Assembly: GCA_943788915.1 (NCBI GenBank)
Contig: CALSSD010000010.1
Location: forward strand, 682,001-746,000
Direction: 5' to 3'
Length of the DNA: 64,000 nucleotides
From: an uncultured Acidimicrobiales bacterium
GTDB taxonomy: Bacteria; Actinomycetota; Acidimicrobiia; Acidimicrobiales; UBA10347
Both the position numbers and the translations under genes were made by a program. Positions 48,213 to 58,472 of the stretch are shown in pieces. A model generated the notes under the pieces. That model ran no database searches. It was not told where the DNA came from and was given only the letters and a program-made list of their open reading frames with translations. The first letter of the stretch is position 1; each line of letters begins with the position of its first letter.

Positions 48213-49034
48213 TCAGCCCAAGGCCGCGGTGGCGGTGGCGACACCAAGGGCCAGGAGTCTGTCACCGTTGCCGGTGTCATGGACCGAGATCCGGCTGGTG
48301 ACGCTGTTGTCTGCGATGCGCAGAACCTCGGCTCGGGCCTGAAACGGGCCGTCTTTGCCGAGCGCAAGGTAGTGAATGTGGATATCGCTCGAGCTGCACG
48401 GCCGACCGAGAGCAAGTTCTGCAGCCCACGCCGCCGCCCGTTCCATAGCCAACGACAAGACACCGCCCTGGATGGCATGAACGGAGTTCTCTACGAAGGG
48501 TGAGTGGTCGAACTCGACATAGGGCCCACTGGCTGCCCGCTCGAAACGGAACCCGCAGGCATCGTCGATGTGTAGCCGGGGAGCTTCCTTATCGAGTGAT
48601 TCCGCCAGGTTCGCTCGTGTGAGTGCTGGCGCTGTTGGCGTGTCGTCTCGGCGGGGGAGACGAGTGAATGTGACGAAGGCCCGGGCGACCTCACCGACAG
48701 CCGGTGAAACGATCGACGTTTCAGATACCACATTGTTACGGCCAGCTCGCACGAGACGGCACTCGGCCTCGAGCTCGCCTTCGGGTGGACAAGGCTGAGT
48801 GATATGGATGGCCATGTCGTGGGTTACTGGCCAATCGGGAGAGACTGTCCGCAGCGATGAGAAGCCAGCAACATAATCGGCGAGGATCGAGATCGCTCCC
48901 AATCGAAGTGCCCCTGCCGAGTCGGTGTAGTCGACGAGGGCCGGCATGAGACCACGCCCGATACCGTCGTCGCCGCTATTGTCGACAGCCAACCGCATCC
49001 ACCGCAAGACCTGACCCGGCTTGGGATAACCCAT
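48213..49034 (-). CDS. Double hot-dog (PaaI-like) thioesterase family protein
   Basis: GALRLGAISILADY and NSVHAIQGGVL hot-dog helices; start uncertain. Confidence 0.7.
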   Translation of the reverse strand: MGYPKPGQVLRWMRLAVDNSGDDGIGRGLMPALVDYTDSAGALRLGAISILADYVAGFSSLRTVSPDWPVTHDMAIHITQPCPPEGELEAECRLVRAGRNNVVSETSIVSPAVGEVARAFVTFTRLPRRDDTPTAPALTRANLAESLDKEAPRLHIDDACGFRFERAASGPYVEFDHSPFVENSVHAIQGGVLSLAMERAAAWAAELALGRPCSSSDIHIHYLALGKDGPFQARAEVLRIADNSVTSRISVHDTGNGDRLLALGVATATAALG

Positions 49035-49121
49035 GCTGGCTGAGTCGGCCGGCCTCTTCATCGTCATGCGGACGTTGCTAGCACAGCGAAACAAGCGGTA
49101 ACGCAAAGCTACAGAGTCCTG

Positions 49122-49841
49122 TCATGACCCCTCGTGTACCTCATTGGTGTAGACGTAGCCCTTTGTCAGCATCTGCATACGATGCCGTGGCCCGGGCGCC
49201 GAGAGGTCGCCGGATTCATAGGCCGGATCCTCGCTGTATACCGAGAACATCTGGTCTTCCTGCCGCACGATCCTGGGCAGGAAGATTCGGTCGGGTTGTG
49301 AACGCACGGAGTCGAGGGCTTCTGCGACGACGGTATGGCGTGCCAGATCGAGCAGGCTGACGTAGGTCGGCCCTGCCAGATTGATCTCACCTGCTTCGCA
49401 ACCGGAAATCGCTTCGGCAACTGGATGCCATTCGAAGTCGCGGATCTCGCCGTCGTCGATCGTGACCTGACCCGACTGAGCATGCACGGCATAAAACCAT
49501 GTCGAGAAGCGGCGGTTCCGGCCAATCGGTGTCGTCCAATGTGACAGTGAGACGAGATCGGGGGCAGCGATGTTCAGATCGGCCTCTTCTTTGGCCTCAC
49601 GAACAGCAGCGTGACGGGCCGCAGCGGCAACGTCGTCGGAAGCCGCAGCCTGGAAGTCACCCGGATCGATTCGACCGCCAGGGAACACCCACGACCCACC
49701 GTGGAATGCCAGATTGTTGTCGCGCCGAAGTACCAATACTTCGATGCTGTCTCGGCCGTCACGCAGCGGAATGACAGTGGCAGCTGGGCGGATGGGCACG
49801 TCTTCGTGCGCCACACCTTCGGTCAAAGAGTCGGTCACCAT
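49122..49841 (-). CDS. NUDIX hydrolase (Nudt19-like)
   Basis: RPAATVI, WVFPGGRID...AAVREAKEEAD, SHWTTP...RFSTWF. Confidence 0.85.
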   Translation of the reverse strand: MVTDSLTEGVAHEDVPIRPAATVIPLRDGRDSIEVLVLRRDNNLAFHGGSWVFPGGRIDPGDFQAAASDDVAAAARHAAVREAKEEADLNIAAPDLVSLSHWTTPIGRNRRFSTWFYAVHAQSGQVTIDDGEIRDFEWHPVAEAISGCEAGEINLAGPTYVSLLDLARHTVVAEALDSVRSQPDRIFLPRIVRQEDQMFSVYSEDPAYESGDLSAPGPRHRMQMLTKGYVYTNEVHEGS

Positions 49842-49996
49842 CTGTTTGTTCGGGCTCCCACCAGCATCGTGGCGGTCCGTGATCGGACCGCATGAGTCGG
49901 TCGAAACCGTAGCAGCAGGCTCCCCAGCCAACTAGATGCGTAGACCGGAGGGAACCTGATTCCTGGTGAGTGAGGTGCCCGTGCGATGCTGACTTA

Positions 49997-51121
49997 ATGG
50001 ATTTTGATCTTTTCGTTTATGCCACGATCGGTCGGCGGGCCGAGCTCGAGGCTGGTCGGGCCGGGCTTCGTAACGATCTCTATCAGCGCATGCTGGGAGA
50101 GCTCGCCGATCTAGTGCGCACCGCCGACGCCTGCGGTTATGCAGCCCTCGGGCACCCCGAACACCATCTGCAGGTCGAGGGGTTCGAGATAGCGAACGAT
50201 CCAGGTCTGATGTCGATGTATCTGGGTCAGTTCCGCGACCAGATGAAGATCCTGACGTGCGGTTTCGTCTCGACCACCCACAACCCGCTGCGCGTGGCCG
50301 AGAACATCGCGACGCTCGACCACATGCACCAAGGCCGGTTCTCGGTTGGTCTGGTTCGCGGCTACCAGGCCCGCTGGGTCGACAATTTCAAGTTGTTCGA
50401 CGAGATCGGCGCGGTCGGACCGTGGAACAAGAACACCCATGCCGACGACCTCAATCGTCGGTACTTCGAGGAATACGTCGACATCGTCTACAAGGCGTTG
50501 AACAACGAAACGTTCCGACACGACGGTGAGTTCTTCACATTTCCGAACATCGACCAGAATCCGCATGTGCACGACGTGTATAGCACCTACGGTTTGGGTG
50601 TCGATGCCGACATGAACATCACCGAGACCGGTATCGCTCCACGCCCGTTCCAGTCGCCGCACCCCAAGATCTATTCGGGTTTCACGGGGTCGGCTCGCAC
50701 CGCTGGGTTCTGGGGAAGGTACGGCGGCAAATCGATCGTGCTCGGCGGCGGTGCCGATCTGCTCAAGGCGATCTGGAGTGCCTATGACGAGACAGCAGCG
50801 CAGTATGGCCGCACCGTCGTTCCGGGCGAGCAGGCGTGTTGGGGCGGGTTCATGATCTGTGCCGAGACCGACGAGGCAGCGCAGGCTCAGCTCAAGGATG
50901 CGGAATGGTTCTTCGACAACTGGTCAGTGCCCTTCGGTCAGCCGATGGCTCGGCTGCTGGTAGGCAGTCCCGACACCATCTCTGCCAAGATCGAGGCCGC
51001 GACCAAAATCGTGCCCATCAACGAGGTCATGCTGTTGATTCCTCAGGGCATCCACGGTCCTGACCAGATCAACCCGAGCCTCGAGTTGTTCGCCGAGAAG
51101 GTCATGCCTCGCTTCAGCTAA
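49997..51121 (+). CDS. LLM-class flavin-dependent oxidoreductase
   Basis: PEHH, NPLRVAENIATLDHM.QGR, VGLVRGYQ, LVGSPDT, LFAEKVMPRF. Confidence 0.88.
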   Translation: MDFDLFVYATIGRRAELEAGRAGLRNDLYQRMLGELADLVRTADACGYAALGHPEHHLQVEGFEIANDPGLMSMYLGQFRDQMKILTCGFVSTTHNPLRVAENIATLDHMHQGRFSVGLVRGYQARWVDNFKLFDEIGAVGPWNKNTHADDLNRRYFEEYVDIVYKALNNETFRHDGEFFTFPNIDQNPHVHDVYSTYGLGVDADMNITETGIAPRPFQSPHPKIYSGFTGSARTAGFWGRYGGKSIVLGGGADLLKAIWSAYDETAAQYGRTVVPGEQACWGGFMICAETDEAAQAQLKDAEWFFDNWSVPFGQPMARLLVGSPDTISAKIEAATKIVPINEVMLLIPQGIHGPDQINPSLELFAEKVMPRFS

Positions 51122-51318
51122 ACGACAGACGGCCGAAGCAGTCCTTTGCCAACTGCCAGTCCCCTCAGCCATCGCACGGGGAGGAACAAGGCTGTCTAGC
51201 CCTACCCACATCAGCGGGTGGAAAAGCTCGCCAGATCTGAGTCGGTGCGCTCGTCGACGGTTTTCGTGGGAGAGTGGAGGTCGGTCGCCCTCAGGGCGGT
51301 CTCGATAAGGAGCCAATC

Positions 51319-51438
51319 ATGGCAGGCAAAGACAAGGGTGGACGCGCCGCAAAGACCGCGGCATCCAAAACCCCGAAAGAAAAGAAACAGGCCAAGAAGG
51401 ACAAGAAGTCAGGCAAAGGCGCATCCGGACTGTCGTAG
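51319..51438 (+). CDS. 39-aa Lys-rich small protein (not in ORF track)
   Basis: AAGGAG RBS then MAGKDKGGRAAKTAASKTPKEKKQAKKDKKSGKGASGLS*. Confidence 0.7.
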   Translation: MAGKDKGGRAAKTAASKTPKEKKQAKKDKKSGKGASGLS

Positions 51439-51526
51439 TTTGCCGGCTTGGTATCAGTGGCCAGCGGTGTTGGCAGTTGGATACGGCTGAAGGGGTGTGA
51501 GCGACCGTGCGTGGAGTGCGAGGGCC

Positions 51527-53218
51527 TCAGCGTTCAACCCGGTGAGCCACGGGGAACCCGAGCATGCCGTTGTGAGCGAAGACATAGGCGTTGGTTCGTA
51601 GTGGGTCGCCAGCGACGCCGATCAGGAGGTGATCGGGCTGGCCCACTATCGGCACCATGCGCTCGGGGTCGGTCGATTCGGCAAATCGGCGGTCCGCTTT
51701 TTTTGTATTGACGAAGTCGACGAGTCGGCGTCGGCCTGGCACGAGGTTTGTCCAGTGTCCGAGGTAGTCCTCGAACCGGCTCGCTGGAATCCGGGCTCGG
51801 TCGAAGAGGGCCTGCTGGAGCTGGGCCTTCGTCCAACCTGATGCAGCGATTGTCTCTGCGAGAATTGGACTCAGTAGCAGGAGCGGACGGTAGGTCTCGC
51901 GTGAGATACCAATGGTGAAAACCAGCTCCCAGCTTGTCTGGCTCACGATGGCATCGGCTAGGTAGTCGACCATGTGCTCGGCCTGCTGGCCGTAGACCGA
52001 GGTCACGACTCCTCCACCGGTGTAGCGCGACACACTCACCACATCGTCGCCACGCTCGAATCCGAAGGCTCCGGCGAAGTTGGGCCAGTCGATGGTTTCG
52101 AGCACCGTCTCGTTCTCGGCGATGGCGACCCGCCAGGTATTCCCAAAGGTTGCCTTGTCGGTCTCGTGGGGCAGGAAACCAGCGATGTTGCGCAGCATCA
52201 GTCGCCAGAATCGACCAACCGAGGTGTTGGCCTGGAAACCATCGCGCAGCACCCCCTGCTCACAGTTGAATCCCAGCTCGGCAGCGATGGGGCCGTTGAT
52301 CGTGATGAGGGTGTCGGCCCCTGGTGTGTTGCCCGAGTGCTCAACCCCATAGTTGGGGTCGGCCATACAACGACCCAGGGCGACGAGCACCGGCATGTAC
52401 TCCGGCCGGCAACCGGCCATCACCCCGTTCACAGCGATACTCCACACCGTTACCTCGCGGTTGTCGGGCAGCACGACGCCGAGCACCTTGTCGGCGTCGA
52501 AGATGGTGAGTGCCAAGAAGGCCTCGACGGCGGCATGGGTGGGAGGGACGATTGGCAGGCCGTCGCTCCACCGTTCGGCCAGGAAGCGGGCGTTGATTTC
52601 CTCGAATGAACCCGAGGCGACAATCTCGCGACGGCCAGGTTCTTCAGGTCGTTTGGCATCCCCAGGACGCGCCGTCAGGTTGGCCAAGACCGCCGGCACG
52701 GTGATCTCGCGCACGTTACGTTCAAGGTCCGACAGCTCCTGGGTATCAACATGGCCCGGCACGACTGCCACAGGGAGGTTGGGTCGCCCCAGTCCGGCCG
52801 CGGTTGTGGCGGCCTGGTGCAAGAATCCCTCGCACGTAAGTGAGCTCGAAGGGATACCGGCGGCTTCGACAGCGTTTGAGGCCCGCAACACGGCGGGCGT
52901 ACAACTACCTCAACACGCCATCCCGGAGACCACGGCATCGACGCCGCGGTCGCGCAGCAGTTGGGGGAGTGCGGCCACCAGCTCGGCTTCACCGTCGCCA
53001 TGGGTCGTTCCGAACTGATCGAAATCGATGATTTCGACAGTGGGAAAGCGAGCCTTGAGCTCCTCTGCGATGATCGGGAAGATTTCGTCGCCACGAAACA
53101 TGTAGTCCCACAGAAAAGCGACCGTGCGTCCGTCGAGCGAATCGGGACGATCGGCGAGGTCTTGGAGCTCGACCGCTTGCGGGCTACGGGGCCAGACCAC
53201 TTCATATGCATCAGACAT
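51527..53218 (-). CDS. UGSC-family selenoprotein fusion (563 aa, C102-U103-G-S-C106)
   Basis: ORF 52910-53218 ends VDAVVSGMAC-UGA and continues in frame as GSCTPAVLRASNAVEAAGIPS into ORF 51527-52891; SECIS-like hairpin follows. Confidence 0.85.
52881..52898 (-). promoter_or_regulatory. Putative bacterial SECIS element
   Basis: GCCCGC-CGUGUU-GCGGGC; 17 nt between the UGA and the loop; UGAGG can also pair with the downstream CCUCA. Confidence 0.6.
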
Positions 53219-53306
53219 GGCACAAGAGTAGTCCGCTCCTTCGTCGCCGTATTCTCTGACCGTCTCGATAGGTCGTCCTCAGCAGGATGGCTTCTAGTCT
53301 CGGCCT

Positions 53307-54503
53307 ATGACCCGTTTGCAGTTCGGTGCCTTCCTCGCACCACACCATCCCATCGGGGAGCATCCGACCCTGATGTTCCAGCGCGACCTCGAGTTCGCGG
53401 CCCATCTCGATCGTTTGGGGTTCGACGAGTTGTGGTTTGGTGAACACCACTCGTCGGGCTGGGAGACCAGTGCCTCGCCCGAACTGATGATCGCAGCAGC
53501 GGCCGAGCGGACCGAACGAATCCGCCTTGGCACCGGCGTAATCTCGCTGCCGTACCATCACCCCTTCAACGTTGCCCAACGGTTGGTCCAGCTTGACCAT
53601 CTCACACGCGGTCGATTGATCTTTGGGTCAGGACCTGGAGCCCTGCCGTCCGACGCTCACACCTTCGGCATCGACCCGATGACACAACGCGACCGGCAAG
53701 ATGAGGCCATGGGAGTCATCAACCGCCTGTTGCGGGGCGAGGAGCGGTTTACTCACGAAAGCGACTGGTTCACCCTGCGCGATGCCCGGCTGCAGATTCT
53801 TCCGCTGCAAGCTGAGATCCCCCAGGCCACAGCCTCGATCCTGAGCCCGTCGGGAATGACCCTGGCGGGCAAGCATGGCACCGGAGTGTTGTCGATCGGT
53901 TCGATGTCGACCAATGGCCTCCAGGCGTTACCTACCCAGTGGGGTTTCGCCGAGGCAGCAGCAGCAGAACACGGTCAGGTTGTCGACCGCGCCGACTGGC
54001 GTGTTGTGATGAGCTGGCATCTGGCCGAGACATGCGAAGATGCTCGGCGTCAAGCACGCGATGGTATGCAGCGCTGGCACAACGAATACATCGTCGGCAC
54101 GCTGCAACGACCGGGTGCTGTTGCGTATGACGACCCCGACGAGGCCCTCGAGCAGATCAGTGGCGGCACAATCACCTCGTCGACGACAACGTCGGCGGTC
54201 GTCGGTACTCCCGACGATCTGGTGGCTGCCATTCGCCAAGTCATCGAAGTCACCGGTGGATTCGGCAAGTTCATCGGCTTCGCCCATGACTGGGCCAATC
54301 GCGAAGACACGCTCCAGTCCTGGGATCTGGTAGCCCGCTACGTGATCCCGGAGGTAAATGGACTTGTTGCCAATCTCCGAGACTCGCAGGAGTTTGTGGC
54401 TGGCAACCGTGGGATCTTCGAACAGGCTGGCCAGGCGGTCATGGCGAAGATCCAACAGAATCCCGATGCAGCGGCCGCCCATGCCCGAGGCGCGAAGGGC
54501 TGA
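53307..54503 (+). CDS. LLM-class flavin monooxygenase (limonene 1,2-monooxygenase-like)
   Basis: FGAFLAPHHP.GE.PT, GEHHSSGWE, LPYHHPF, GPGALPSDA, HDWA. Confidence 0.88.
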   Translation: MTRLQFGAFLAPHHPIGEHPTLMFQRDLEFAAHLDRLGFDELWFGEHHSSGWETSASPELMIAAAAERTERIRLGTGVISLPYHHPFNVAQRLVQLDHLTRGRLIFGSGPGALPSDAHTFGIDPMTQRDRQDEAMGVINRLLRGEERFTHESDWFTLRDARLQILPLQAEIPQATASILSPSGMTLAGKHGTGVLSIGSMSTNGLQALPTQWGFAEAAAAEHGQVVDRADWRVVMSWHLAETCEDARRQARDGMQRWHNEYIVGTLQRPGAVAYDDPDEALEQISGGTITSSTTTSAVVGTPDDLVAAIRQVIEVTGGFGKFIGFAHDWANREDTLQSWDLVARYVIPEVNGLVANLRDSQEFVAGNRGIFEQAGQAVMAKIQQNPDAAAAHARGAKG

Positions 54504-54578
54504 AGCCCAGCTCAGATAACCAGCGCTTCGGCTGTGCGCCAATTCCGACGAGCGGTAGTCCTACGACGACAGAAAGAC

Positions 54579-56216
54579 CTAAGCCGACACCGATTCGTCG
54601 GCTGGTGTGAGCATGAAGCCCTCGTAGCCGTTGGCCACCACTTCTTCGCAATGCTCGCGATAGGTGCCTACACCACCGGCATAGGGCATGAAGACCCGAG
54701 GTTTGCCAGGAATATTGGCACCGAGATACCACGAGTTGGCGTGCATGAACATGGTGGGTTCGGCCAACTCGTTCACGTGCTGAACCCAGGCTGTTTCGGC
54801 GTCGGCCTCTGCCTCGAGCAGTTCAATGCCCGAGCCGTCCATATGGCGGATGATGTCGGTGATCATCTCGACGTGCTGCTCGATGGCTATTGGCATGTTG
54901 GAGAGCACCGATGGCGATCCAGGACCAGTAATCATGAACATATTGGGAAATCCAACACTGGTAAGCCCGAGGTAGGTCAGCGGCCCGGCTTCCCACTTGT
55001 CCTTGAGTTTCTCGCCGGAGCGACCGCGAATGTCGATCTTGTTAAACGACCCGGTCATGGCGTCGAACCCCGTGGCGTACACGATGACGTCGAAGTCGTG
55101 CTGCTCTTCACCAGCCAAGATGCCGGTCTCGGTGATTTCGTTGATCGGTTCGACGTTGATGTCGACCAGGCGGACGTTGTCGCGGTTAAACGTGTCGAAG
55201 TAGTTGGTGTCGATAAGCACTCGTTTTGAACCGAACGGGTGGTCTAGTGGCAGCAGTTTCTCCGCGACCTCAGGGTCGTTGACCATCTCTTTGATCTTTT
55301 CCCGGATGAACTCGCCAGCCAGTTCGCTGGCCGGAAGGCTGGTGCGAAGGTCTGAGAACGAGTTGAACATGAACTTGAAGCCTCCGTCTTCCCAACTCTG
55401 TTCCAAGATCTCTCGCCGTTCTTCGTCGTCCACATCGAGCGCTGAGCGATCCTGCACGTCGTAGGGGAAGCCACCAACCGAGTGGCGGGCCTTGTCATAG
55501 ATTGCTTCGTAACGCGTCTTGATCTCGTCGAGCACCGCCTTGTCGACGTTTCCGTGCCGGGCCGGGATCATGTATTGCGGGGTGCGCTGGAAGACGGTGA
55601 GATGTTCGGCTTCGGCTGCGATAACGGGGATCGATTGCACGCCGCTGGAACCAGTGCCGATAACAGCGACCTTCTTGCCAGCGAAGTCGACTCCTTCGTG
55701 TGGCCATGCCCCGGTGTGATACGCCTCACCAGTAAAGGTGTCTCGACCGACGAAGTCCGGAATCTGACCTGACGAGAGACAGCCGATGCCGGTAATGAAG
55801 TAGCGGCAGCGATAGTGCTCGCCCTTGTCAGTTTTGACGTCCCACCTATTGGTGGATTCATCGAAGTGTGCCGAGGTAACTCGTGTCTCGAACGACATGT
55901 TGCGCCGCAGGTCGAAGCGGTCGGCCACATGGTTCAGGTAGTTGAGAATCTCTGGCTGCTCCGGATACTTGCCGCTCCATTCCCATTCCTGCATGAGATC
56001 CTGGTCGAAGGCGAAGCAGTATATGTACGCCTCCGAGTCGCAGCGGGCGCCCGGGTAACGGTTCCAATACCAGGTGCCGCCGACGCCAGTACCGGTTTCG
56101 ATCACGTGGACGTCGAGTCCGAGCGTGTCTCGTAGGCGGTGGTTCATGAACAGACCGGAGAACCCAGCCCCGATCACCACTGCGTCTAGCTCTCGTACCG
56201 CTGTTTCTGTCGACAT
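54579..56216 (-). CDS. Type I Baeyer-Villiger monooxygenase
   Basis: GAGFSG, GGTWYWNRYPGARCD, FTGEAYHTGAWP (FxGxxxHxxxWP), GTGSSG, ATGFDA. Confidence 0.95.
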   Translation of the reverse strand: MSTETAVRELDAVVIGAGFSGLFMNHRLRDTLGLDVHVIETGTGVGGTWYWNRYPGARCDSEAYIYCFAFDQDLMQEWEWSGKYPEQPEILNYLNHVADRFDLRRNMSFETRVTSAHFDESTNRWDVKTDKGEHYRCRYFITGIGCLSSGQIPDFVGRDTFTGEAYHTGAWPHEGVDFAGKKVAVIGTGSSGVQSIPVIAAEAEHLTVFQRTPQYMIPARHGNVDKAVLDEIKTRYEAIYDKARHSVGGFPYDVQDRSALDVDDEERREILEQSWEDGGFKFMFNSFSDLRTSLPASELAGEFIREKIKEMVNDPEVAEKLLPLDHPFGSKRVLIDTNYFDTFNRDNVRLVDINVEPINEITETGILAGEEQHDFDVIVYATGFDAMTGSFNKIDIRGRSGEKLKDKWEAGPLTYLGLTSVGFPNMFMITGPGSPSVLSNMPIAIEQHVEMITDIIRHMDGSGIELLEAEADAETAWVQHVNELAEPTMFMHANSWYLGANIPGKPRVFMPYAGGVGTYREHCEEVVANGYEGFMLTPADESVSA

Positions 56217-56603
56217 TCCACAACCCTAGAACAGGTTGCTGTGTTGACGAACTTGCGCTGCATGGGAAACTCGATACCTGGCTCCGAAATCGTGGGACCG
56301 ATCGGTGTCATTGTTCGAGCCGGTCTGAGCAGCAACTCGGGCTGGGTGACAAGGAAGTTACTTCCGGAATAGTTGCGCTGGTCGTCTCCGCAAACCGTCA
56401 AGCTTCGGCCTTTCGTCACGGCCGTCTCGATTGCAGCTATAACTGAAGATGAGTCGTCTGACTGCGGCCAATTCCTTCGCGCTGACTTCAACGGCGATAC
56501 CACTGGTGTCCAGTACATCTTCAAGATCGACGATGGCGCAGTAGCCGATATCTGCTGACGAGCAGACAGGCGTTGGTTTGGCGCCGAGCGCTATTCTCTG
56601 GCG

Positions 56604-58361
56604 ATGAAGCACTCCACGAGACGTCGATTGGATGTTTTCCTCCTGGGCCTCGGCGCTGCAGCTGTGGCGGTTGCCGCATCCGTTGGTGCGGCGATTGGCG
56701 ATACCGAGCGGATCGGTGACTATTGGTTACAGGCCGCTATCGCAGACGATGGGCGGGCGCAGATCGTAGAGGTCATCGACTACGACTTCGGCCCCAACCA
56801 GCGCCACGGCATCCTCCGAGACGTTCCCGATGTCGACTGGAGGACGCCGGTGACGATCAGCTCGTCGACGGCCCCTGACGGGTTCATGGCCATGCCGGAA
56901 TTGGGTGGCGTCTTGTGGCAGGTCGGTGATCCTGACGTGACGATCTCGAATCGACACCGGTATGAGCTTTCGTATGCGATCGAAACCCTGGTCGAGGGCG
57001 ACAGGTTGTCGTGGAATGCGATCGGTCTCGAGTGGACCGTGCCGATCAACCACGCCGAGATACATGTGACTGCTGGTCATGAGTTCACCGAGATTGCGTG
57101 CCATCGGGGTTCGAGCGGTGCTCAAGGTGGCTGCGAGGTCACACAGATCGAGCCCGGTCACCTGATCGTCTCGGTCGACGGGCTCGAAGCGGGCGAAGCA
57201 GTGACGGTCGAAGGCACGCTTGCAACGGCGCTGGTGACAGAGGCCCCGACTGTTATGGCACCGCAAGGACCTGCGGAGGACCCCGGAAGCGGCTGGCTCG
57301 CTCCGGGACTGGCAGCGGTTGCGGCGGCGCTTGTGGCCGGCGCAGTGGCTTCCCGCCGGATCCGCTACCTGGGCAGAGAGCAGGTGTGGTCGGGAGGTGC
57401 GGCCGATGCGGCGTTCGGGCCGCTGTCCGGGGATGTCGCTGGAGTCGAACTTGTCGACCATGAACGGCTCGCCGAGATGGCCAGCATCGAGTTCGCATCG
57501 CCGCAAGGGCTGAGCGCCGCGGCCGGTGGCATCATTCACGCTGAAGGAGTCAATTCTGAGCACCAGATCGCATGGCTCATCGAGTGTGCGATTCGCGACG
57601 AGGTGCGTCTGGAAGAGAACCACGACGACTTTGTGCTGTCTCGGGGCCCCGCCGAGCCTGACCCAGCGGTAGCGGGACGTCTCCGGGCGATTTTCGCAGG
57701 TGGGGTCAACCGGATAGAACTCGGCACGTACGACAGCGGGTTCGCAGCAGCGTGGGAAGGCCTGGCAACCGAGCTAGAGGAGTGGCGTGAGGCGAGCGGG
57801 CTCTGGGACCAGCGGGGCCACCAACGACGCTCGTCGGCTCAGGTCTTCGGCGTACTCGGCGCTCTTGTTGGCTTGGTTCTTGCAGCCGTTGGCGGGGGCC
57901 TAGCCAATCGGTTCGGGCCGGTCTGGGTCGTGCTGTGCGCCGTCGGTGCACTGTTAGCCGGTGCATCGCTGGCGGCGCTGATCCGATCGTGGGAGTTGCC
58001 GATTCGCACGCCGCAGGGATCGGCGCGCTGGATACAGATTGAGTCGTTCCGTCGCTTCATAGCGGCATCCGAAGCTCGCCATGCCGAGGCGGCAGCAGAG
58101 ATGGGACTGCTGCGCCACCACACCGCGTGGGCGGTAGCGCTCGGTGAGCTCGATCACTGGAAGAAGTCGGTGGATGCCGCAACGCACATCCCAGGCTCCG
58201 CTACCAGTCGTTCGAGCGCCGACTACCACTTCGTCACGATGGCCCCGGCTTTGTCCTCGGCCACGGCCAGCACCTTCACTGCGCCGAGCAGTAGTAGTAG
58301 CGGCGGCGGGGGTGGCGGCGCTGGCGCCGGTGGAGGAGGCGGCGGCGGCGGATCGTGGTAG
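56604..58361 (+). CDS. DUF2207-family membrane protein
   Basis: IDYDFG..RHGI.R, WNAIG..W, TM segments, Ser/Gly-rich tail ending GGGGGGGSW; adjacent to lemA. Confidence 0.85.
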   Translation: MKHSTRRRLDVFLLGLGAAAVAVAASVGAAIGDTERIGDYWLQAAIADDGRAQIVEVIDYDFGPNQRHGILRDVPDVDWRTPVTISSSTAPDGFMAMPELGGVLWQVGDPDVTISNRHRYELSYAIETLVEGDRLSWNAIGLEWTVPINHAEIHVTAGHEFTEIACHRGSSGAQGGCEVTQIEPGHLIVSVDGLEAGEAVTVEGTLATALVTEAPTVMAPQGPAEDPGSGWLAPGLAAVAAALVAGAVASRRIRYLGREQVWSGGAADAAFGPLSGDVAGVELVDHERLAEMASIEFASPQGLSAAAGGIIHAEGVNSEHQIAWLIECAIRDEVRLEENHDDFVLSRGPAEPDPAVAGRLRAIFAGGVNRIELGTYDSGFAAAWEGLATELEEWREASGLWDQRGHQRRSSAQVFGVLGALVGLVLAAVGGGLANRFGPVWVVLCAVGALLAGASLAALIRSWELPIRTPQGSARWIQIESFRRFIAASEARHAEAAAEMGLLRHHTAWAVALGELDHWKKSVDAATHIPGSATSRSSADYHFVTMAPALSSATASTFTAPSSSSSGGGGGGAGAGGGGGGGGSW

Positions 58362-58472
58362 CCGGGATCGATCGCGCTGGTCCCTCGTGGATCTAACATC
58401 GTGTGTTGGCAGTGCTGTCGCAGCAGAGACTGTTGAGTTGCGGCTCAGCTCGGCGTCGGCCAAGGAGAACTC

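Noticed and set aside
56373..56604. Short ORF ending Cys-TGA that is in frame with the downstream DUF2207 gene (possible third Sec read-through)
   Set aside because: No redox motif; the only hairpin overlaps the stop itself rather than lying at SECIS distance; the DUF2207 gene has its own leaderless -10 and signal peptide. More likely a gene remnant
58280..58358. (AGT)n/(GGC)n microsatellite-like tract
   Set aside because: Encodes the normal Ser/Gly-rich C-terminal tail of DUF2207 proteins
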